A DNA stretch of 26,348 bases from a virus (taxonomy: Duplodnaviria; Caudoviricetes): positions 1-26,348 of IMG/VR virus record IMGVR_UViG_3300025652_000454. One strand, 5' to 3'. The notes under the pieces are model-generated. The model was not told the origin of the DNA, did not search any database, and worked only from the letters and a program-made list of their open reading frames with translations. The position numbers were made by a program, and so were the translations under genes. Positions 8,140 to 17,100 of this stretch are shown piece after piece. How positions within the stretch are numbered: the first letter of the stretch is position 1; every line of letters starts with the position of its first letter.

Positions 8140-8160
8140 TAAGTGCCATTTTAGCACTTA
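8140..8160. repeat. Perfect 7-bp inverted repeat overlapping the vRNAP stop codon
   Basis: TAAGTGC-catttta-GCACTTA. No U-tract on the - strand, so a terminator role is uncertain. Confidence 0.5.
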
Positions 8161-11100
8161 GTCTAAATTGCTTAACAGATTAACCCAAGGATTCAGTTCA
8201 GGTGCATCGAATAGCATTTCATAGCCGGTAGCATAGTCTAGTCGGTCTTCATAAATTACAGTGAAAACGTTGTCCTGAACTGGTGACCCTACATCAGTAA
8301 TTGAGTTTATAGCCAAAGCCCGAAAAGGATTCTGACGGATCTGTTTCATTGCAATTTTTGCAATTCGGATCTTAAAGGCCATAAACCAAGTGAGACCAGC
8401 ACTCTCCAAAGCTGAACGAGTACGACCCGGCAGCAGGGTAAAGTTGACGAATTCTTCGTTCATCTGAATCAAAGCCTGCTCCTTACTAAGTCCCTGAGAA
8501 ATCAGGTGGTCGTAGTAAATAGACTTAGCCAAGAAATCTCCATATTGGGTTGCCCGATTAGCAACTTTATACAATTTGGTAGATTTTGAAACCAATCCCA
8601 ACTTCGCAATATCAGCAACTTTTTCAGGCAACTTGTCTGCTATAGACTCCATATAATCTCCAATTTGACCTTTGGAGATATCTACATCCAAATTAGTAAT
8701 ACCTTCAGATAATTGTTTATAAGCACCAGCTTCAATCATAGGAGCAATAGACATCTGAGCAGTCAAATCTTCAATAACTTGAACTTTTTCTTCTAATCGT
8801 TTCCGTTGATTTGAATTTGGAAGAGCCAATTCAATTTGTGCTTTCAACTCAATACGTTTTGTCACATTTTTCTGATGTTCTTCAATCTCTGCCAATTTTG
8901 AACGATATCCACGAATAATCTGTTTTGTAGATACACCATTCGTGGCCAGTTGAATAATATTAGCCTGAGTATTAGCTAAGGGCACCACAAGAGAGCGAAC
9001 CACAATAATATCCTTGGCCGTGGATACAGTTCCCTGAAGAATTTCTTCAGCCTGAACTAACCAACGCATTGCCTTACGTTTTAGAACAGTCTCAGTGACT
9101 ATACGAACTGCTGCTTGAACAGCATCAGGTAATCTGGTTTTACCAGACCACATATCAGCCAGAGAAGCTTCTCTATAACCAACGGAAAGATTAACCATAT
9201 CTTTTCGGACCATAAAACCATCACTACCAAATTTTGAATCAATATAAAGTTTTGTAGCTTGAGGGATCAGTTTGAAAGATTCTTTATAAATTGGATCACT
9301 AGTATCTTTCAAATTTATGAATAGATCATCTGTTCCACGCTTACGTTGGATCCAGATATCTTTAAGAGAATCTATCAATTCACGATTATATTGATCAGCA
9401 AGCGATTCTTCAACTTGACGACCAGCCCAAGCACCTAACATCACACCAAGATTCTCATCCCGACGATAATGTATATCCATCATTTCAGGAGAGATTGTTC
9501 TCTCAAATCCTTGAACAGTACCATCTCCAGCAAATACTGGAATCAAAGTTTCACCTTGGTTTTCTAGGATAAAACTCGGATCATTTAAATCATTTATAAA
9601 ATTTTCAACCGTTCCATCTCCAGAAATATAACCAGCAGTTTCACCAGTAACAGTCAAACCTGTATTTATATCTACACCTCTATAGGTATGAGCAACATTC
9701 TGCATAACACCTTGAGAATAAGAACCTTGACGACGAACATTGGATACATAGTAAGAACGAGGGAAAAGAGATCCAATCTCACCAGTATATTCATTCATTT
9801 TTACATACCCTTTTCTCTCCATCAGCTTTTGTTCTTCATCTAGAGCGATAGTAATATGAATGTTATTAGTACCTTCATTTGGGATGTAACCCTTATAACC
9901 ATTCAAACGAGCAGCCTCAGTAGTGGCTTTACTTTCCTCTGCTTCATTAAGACCTTGAATATAAGATATCAAACCTGTCAGAGCAGCAGGTTCATTCTGC
10001 CAAAGTTGTACGGTTTCTTCCCGTACATCCGAATCCATGCTATCAATAGCATAAAGTGTTACCAAACGATCAATCATAGGAACTAAAGACTTATCAAAGT
10101 TCCCATCTAAATTGAAAGCAATCGCATAAGCATTTCTAATTAGAAGTTTACCAGCACCTTTTCCATTCATAAAATCAGCAAGTTGACTAGCTTTTTCTTT
10201 CGCATCATTGAAAATATAGGGCAGTAACTTTTGTTGAAGTTGTTGTTCTACTTTTTGAATAGCAGCCTTACGACGTGCCCCTTCTTCAAGCAACTGCATA
10301 GAAAATTGCATTCGATTTAGATCAACAATAGAAGTAAAGTCAGTTTTAGCCAACGTGTTGAACATTGATGACCACTGCTCTTCATTAGGAGCCTCATTAA
10401 ATTGACGTTCCAGAATACTCGGAAGATCCTCACGATATGCCTGACGAAGACCAGCAATTGCTGCGTTCACCTTATCAAACATAGCAATGACTTTGGAATT
10501 CGTAGAATCAGAACCCACAAACTCAGCTACTAGTTCTCGAATTGGAATTATAGACAGAATTGGAAGACCCATATGGGTGACATCCTTGACAGCTTGTGCA
10601 GTTAGATCAGAACCCGGTTTATCCAATAGATTAGTTGCAAAGGTTACAGCAGAAGTTAGATATTTAATAGTGTTTGAACGAGTTGACTCTTTCATATCTG
10701 TATCAACTTGACGCATCTTCAAAGCCGTACTTTGTAACATTCCAGACAGATACTTATCAGCTTTATTCAAAGTATTATTTACAACATGGAGAAGTCGATA
10801 TTCTTTCTCCTTATCATGTTCAATAATTGTCTTAGAAATTATACTAAGAACATCTGAAGGAAACTCACCAGCTTGTTCCAGAGATCCTGTTAACTTCCTC
10901 ATAGTAAAAGATGAAGCATTAGTGAAAAATTGATTCAAAGAGCCTTGTACAGCAGTTTGTCCCTCAGGAGCAGGAATTTGATCTAGGACAGCACGAAACT
11001 TGGCAGAGGTTTGGCTAAGACCAAACATCACCGCGATAGCATCCGAAACATCACCCTGTTTATATCCACCAAAGCTATTAAGAACAGCACTATATTCTTG

Positions 11101-14100
11101 GTTCGCTTCAATTCCAGAGAACATCTCCGGAGTCATATTGTCTACGACGTGTTGGAATACACGAGTCAAAGCGATACGAGCATTCGCATCGAGTTTCATA
11201 CTAGACAACATAATTCCGTAGATTGCTTTAAAAGTCGATTGATCTTTGCGATTGGCTAAAAAACCAACCTGACGAAACCCATGAATAACTTTTTGAGAAT
11301 TACGAATATCTTTGATACTTTTATTTAATTGACCATCACGTAGTTTTGGATCCAAAGAAGCTAGGTATTCTTTCCAGTTTGAAATCCAATAATCGAGATG
11401 TTCTTCAAAAGGAGGAGTCGTTTCATTACCAACATCATTACCATTTCCATCCCCACCAGTACCCTCATCAACAGTTGGTTCATTCAGAACTTTGGTGTTG
11501 AAAACCAGATGATCGAACATTGTAGTAGGAACCCCACCCATAATCCGACGCATCAATTGCACAACCTTTTTGGTAATCTCCACGATCTTGGAATCAGTGT
11601 CCTTCAAAGTCTTTCGGACCTGAGTATTTGCTAAACCATAGGCCATGAATTCATTCACAGCAGCAGCTTGGCTTTCTGCATCAGGATGAGCCAATTGACG
11701 AAGAATAGAGGTCTGGGCTTCCAAAACCTTCTTGTCTGAGGACTCAATCCCCAGAAACTCCTGCATGAGAGCTTCCAGACGAATCACAGCCTGATTAGTA
11801 TTGCCATTGTAATGCTCCAGCACCTTTGTGTAGGTCGCAGCATGAACCATCTCATGTAGCAGCGTCTCAGGCTTGTTAGTGCTCATGAAGATGACATCGT
11901 TCTTGTAGTCATACTGACCTTTGGCTTTCAAAACCGTACCATCATCAGGTAGATTTTCCTGCCGATATTTATTCAATTGATCTAATGTACCAAAAACTAT
12001 CCGAGTTTCACCCATCAAAGGTTTCAGTATATCAACAATTTGTTGTTGTTGCTCAGTCCAACGAGCTTTATTTAATACCGCAGATGCAGTCGATTCATGA
12101 ACATCAGTGCGAACATCTTCTATTTGATCAGTAGTTCCCTCCAATTCCTTTTCAATACGATGGTTCAGTTCGTCAAAACGAACTTCTTCACCATCACGTT
12201 GAAAACCAACATCAGAACCACCCATCTGATCCACAGAGACGGCCAGACGTTTGAATACAGCCTTCCGAGCACGGTTCTGACGAAGACGTTCCTGAAGCTG
12301 TCCCAGCAGATCTGTGGTGCCTGTGGCTACCACAGAGGATTTTTTATTCTTATCCATAGTGTCATTAAAAGCTTCACTCAAAAGATCTGCATCAGATGCA
12401 CGCTCAAGGAAGCCCTCGAAGTTCGACACAGCCATCGAGAGAACATCACGATCCCAAGACTTTAGAACTTGTTCGTTCACATAGGGAGCATATTCCTTCA
12501 CTTTCCCGACCGGAACATCCAGACCATCGAAGATCCCCAGCACGTCGTCGGGAGCACCTTTTGAACCAAAGATAAGATTCATCATCATGGCATCACCAGT
12601 ACCAATGATCGAATAAGGAATAGCTCGAACACCTATTTCATTAGGACGACCCATACGAGCACCAGTCCCCAGTTTCTCATCAAAGTTCGAGGAGAGACGG
12701 AGATCAGTCAAAGTTTTCTCAAACCCACCAATAGCAAGAGTTTGTTCGTCAGACGTGAAGATTGGAGACAGGCTATAAAGTTCGTCTTCAATCTCACGGA
12801 ATACCCGACGAGGGATCTGACCTATCTGAGGGTTTCCATCCTTGGTTCGACCAATGACTTCATCCTTGGCTAGTTGCTCTGCACGCTCAGCCAACATCTT
12901 GTCGTACATCTTTTGGAGATATGATTGCTGAACATTGGTTGAGAAAACCAGTATATCATTTAATTCACGGATCTTGGTTCCAAGAGTATCACGAGTTGCT
13001 TCAGTGAGAACTTCACCCAAACTGAAACGAATAGCAGTCCGGAATTTGTCTACTTGTTCTTTAGAGAACACAAAGTCACGGTTGAAGTTACTGGGAAGAT
13101 TGAGACCCAGACGCTCCATGTCTTTCTGAACACCCGAATAGAAATACAGATCGAAGTCTGCATTGTCGGGCATGGTCTGGAGTTTCGTGTAGAATTCCAG
13201 TAGCATGTCATCTGCCAGACCAATGGCCACACCCAGAACACCAGAACCATAGTTCACCTTAGTCATTGGATTCTTGGCAGTATTCCGGGTCATGGTGACG
13301 CTTCCATCCTCATGCATTTCCAGATTACCAAAGGCGGAAGCCAGACGGCTGGCAGCCATACGCTGTTCAAACTGCCAAGGCTTCATGATCTTTCGACCCC
13401 ATTGCATCATTCGATCACCAAGTTCAGCAACCGTCTCATACAGATCTTTCTTGCCCTGAGAGAAATACCGATTAGTGGTCATGTCCTTGGAACCAAGGAA
13501 GAAACCTATACGCTGGAAATTCTCATAATCTTCACGAGTCAGAGTTCCTTGACCGTAGTTCACCATCATGTTGGCTGCACCATTAGTCAAACCATCGAGT
13601 TCAAAACTTAAAGCAGTGGTGAATTCAGCATCTCCATTTTCACGAGCGATTTCCATTGAAGCCACAGCCTCGATTGCACCCAGAATCTGAGGCTCAACTT
13701 CACCTACCGCATCAGCGAATGCTTCACCGTCAAAGTCTTCATTGTTCAGAAGAGCTTTAACCATATCCTTGGCTACACCGTATTTGTCAGTGAAGTTCTT
13801 TTGGACTGTTGCCAAAATGTCACTATGTGCTTTCTTCTCAACTTTGAAGAGATCAGCAGCCTGAGCAATCCCCAACCAAAATGAATCCATATCTGTCTCA
13901 AAACTGAGAGTGCTCCATGTCGAAGTTACCAGCATACGTAGCAGCTTGTTGGACTGTGGGTTCGGACCTTGATACTGGTGACGGCCAACCTTTGTCACAC
14001 CCACCGGGTAGAAGATCGGAGTCACGTTGTCTCCCAAAGCATGACGAATGTCAGATGCTTCTTGGAGGTTCTGACGGATCGAAGCATTCTTACCAATCAC

Positions 14101-17100
14101 CGATTTTTTGATGATCGGATGAGTGATACTATCTACGTCAGTACGATAGCCCATGATCCGAGCCAGTGCAGTTCCACCAATACCCTCCAATAGGGTTTCA
14201 CGAGTTTTGCTTAGATAATGGGGAGTATCCTGCATCTTTCGAAGAGCAGCTTGTTCCAGTTTGGAAAGAAACACGTTCCCACGATCCTGTTTTCGAGCCA
14301 CATGGGAAATCTTCTCCCCAATCGAATACCGCTGACGAGCTTGGTTGAAGAGACCTTCCCGGACAGTGTTGATAATACCCGGACCACTAGCATCCTTGAT
14401 CGTTTTCTGAATATTTTGAATATTCTCAGTATTTACCAGAATGGTCTGAGCTTCTTTTTCACCTTCACGGTTCAGATCAATCGTAGACAGTTGGATAATC
14501 TCCATTTCATCCAGAACCGTCAAGATTTCAGCAGCGAAACCATGAGTAATACCTTCCAGATCATTGACCCCGGATTCGGTATTCTCACTCACATGCCACA
14601 GACGACGAAGGTCTCCAGCCAGAGAGTCTTTCAGTTGGCTGGGAGGAATACCATGCATAATTGATATCAGGTCTTCCTCTTTGATCTCGTTCAGGGTGAC
14701 ACCCAGTTTCTCCAAAGTGTCATCCAGTTTATTGGGATCAGATCCCATTGCCATAGCAGTAAAATCCACTACAGCAATTATAGCCAGTTTCAGCATGTTT
14801 TCATCATAGGTTTCTGTTTCTGGATCCATGATTGCAGCAGCTTTGAACTTTTTCAGGCCATCACGACCTTCCTTGTAATGTTGGGCCACAGTCTTGCTGA
14901 TACCCGAATACTTCACCTTCTTCTGAAGTCGAGCATTCATTCGCTGAATGAAGTCAGGGAGTATACTTTCAACAACATCTAGATACCCTTGGTTCATTAC
15001 CGAGTCTTCACGACTGGTTGTTAAAAAATCATCCAAGTTTTCAATAATAGGATCACCATCTTGTTCATTGAAACTATTGGTAAACTTCTCCCCAACCTTA
15101 CGACGGGGTTCGACGACCTGAGCTTCTTCTTGAACAGGAGTTTCGATCTCAGCTTTCTGCTCTTCAGAAAGAGTACCATCTACGTCGTGATCAAGAATGG
15201 TGATCTGGTTATTGGACTCAGCAATCACCATACCTTCCTTGTCATTGAACAAGAAGACCGAATCATATCGACCTTCAGCCTTGGCTTGTTCAATAGTTAA
15301 GGAGTTGGCCAGCCAATAGTCCTGAGGATCCATATCATTCGGGATTTGCTCAGTCAAAGGATTGGCCAAGGAGACATTCATCTCCATCAGTCGAAGGGTT
15401 CCAGTTCCATCACCTTTGGCAAAGTCACGAGCCAGACCTTTCCGAGTGGTCAGGAAGATTCCACCATCACGAAACTCAGAGAACACAGCATTGGTCCCGT
15501 GATAAAATTTCACAGGATTTCCATTATCATCAACAATGGTATCAGTCTCTGGTTCAATGGCTATATTAGGAGCTTCTTCAGTCAACTCAATGACTTGCTC
15601 CTCAATTGCAGCTTCTTGTGCGTCTTCGATTTCCTCATCGACGGCTGTCGCCGTCTCTTCGTCAATCTCAGCCTGCTCAGAAACTTCAACCTCGTCGATA
15701 GTCTCCGAAGGGGTGACTTCTTCTTGAATCTCTTGGTCCTGCTCCTCAGAAGCTGCTGTCGCAGCTTCCTCGTCGATAGCCGTTGGCTCTTGTTCGGTTT
15801 CTGTCGTTTGTTCTTGTGTTGTTTCCTGTTGCTTACTAGCAGTTTCAGGAGGATTAAGAATGATAGGAACCAAAGGTTCAAGACCTTCAAATACCTCAGG
15901 AAATTCTTCCAAAAGGATATTAAAGGATTCAATCAATGTATTCTGATCAGCAGTAACCTGTTGTGCAAATGCAACACTTGAAGAATTACCAGCAGAATAT
16001 CGTACAGGTTTTTCCCAACGATTAGCAGGGACGAAAACCTCACCACCACGTAAACCAGAGAATTTCTTGGCACGACCAGAGATAGTACCTTGATCATTGG
16101 TGTAAGAATCAGCCAATGATTCATTCAAAGCTTGTACCTTGTTCTGCATGTGCTGACCAAACTTACGCATAGATTCAGCTACTTTCTGAACCGAAACAAC
16201 TTGTCCTTTCTGATTCACAATTGTCTTATTAGGGGATTGAACACCCACGATAATATCACGATTAAAGTCGTTGATTGAACGAAGAGAACGACCAGCAGTA
16301 TCTACATAACCTTCAGCTTGGATTGAACGAGAGGTGTTCTCTACCGATTTTACAGGACGAGTAGAACGATCTACCTGTGTAAGTCCAATGTTCTCATTAT
16401 TCCGAATTTCAATCTGAGTTCCTACATTCGTATTGATCAAATTAGCCAGTTTGGATGCCACACGAACGTACTTTAAATCTTCAGGAGTAATCTGTTCATC
16501 CGATTCCTCAAGGATCTTATTGGCAGTTTCCGGATTCACATTCGTCGGATTGGTTTTGGCCACGTTCAAAATAGTGATAGGATCCTGAACATCTGTCGTA
16601 TTTAGATCAATCTTAGCAGATTCCTCTTGAATCTTTTTTACCAATTTTGAGGAAAGAACCCGACCCAATTGTTTTTTGGATTTTCCCGTTAGTTGGTTTA
16701 CCAACCCTGAGAGTTTATTCAATTGAGTAGCTGCATAGGCAATATCAGCCTCAGTAGCTTTGAAATCTTTTGATCCTATTTTTGCAACAATACCAGTAAT
16801 ATTCTCCATTAGAGTACGATTTTCACCAGCAATACCACTCATACTTTCTGGAACTGGATCTGAATCAGGTTGAGTAACAGCAATTTCTACAGTGTCTTCA
16901 AGCTGACCACTTGCTACTTCTTCATGAAGAGTTTTCGTGACATCCAAAACGGCTTGTACAGACGAGGATACTTCACCTGTGTCAGGACGATCAGCATATC
17001 CCTGAACAGCCTCAGAAACCCGTCCAGCAGTAGTAGATATAGTTTGGGTAGCGGCTTCAATAATTGGACGAGAAGTGGTTACAATTTCATCAACAATCGC

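Noticed and set aside
15346-15981. 211-aa + strand ORF
   Set aside because: Antisense shadow of the Glu-rich vRNAP linker; the F/L-rich sequence arises from reversed GAA/GAG codons.
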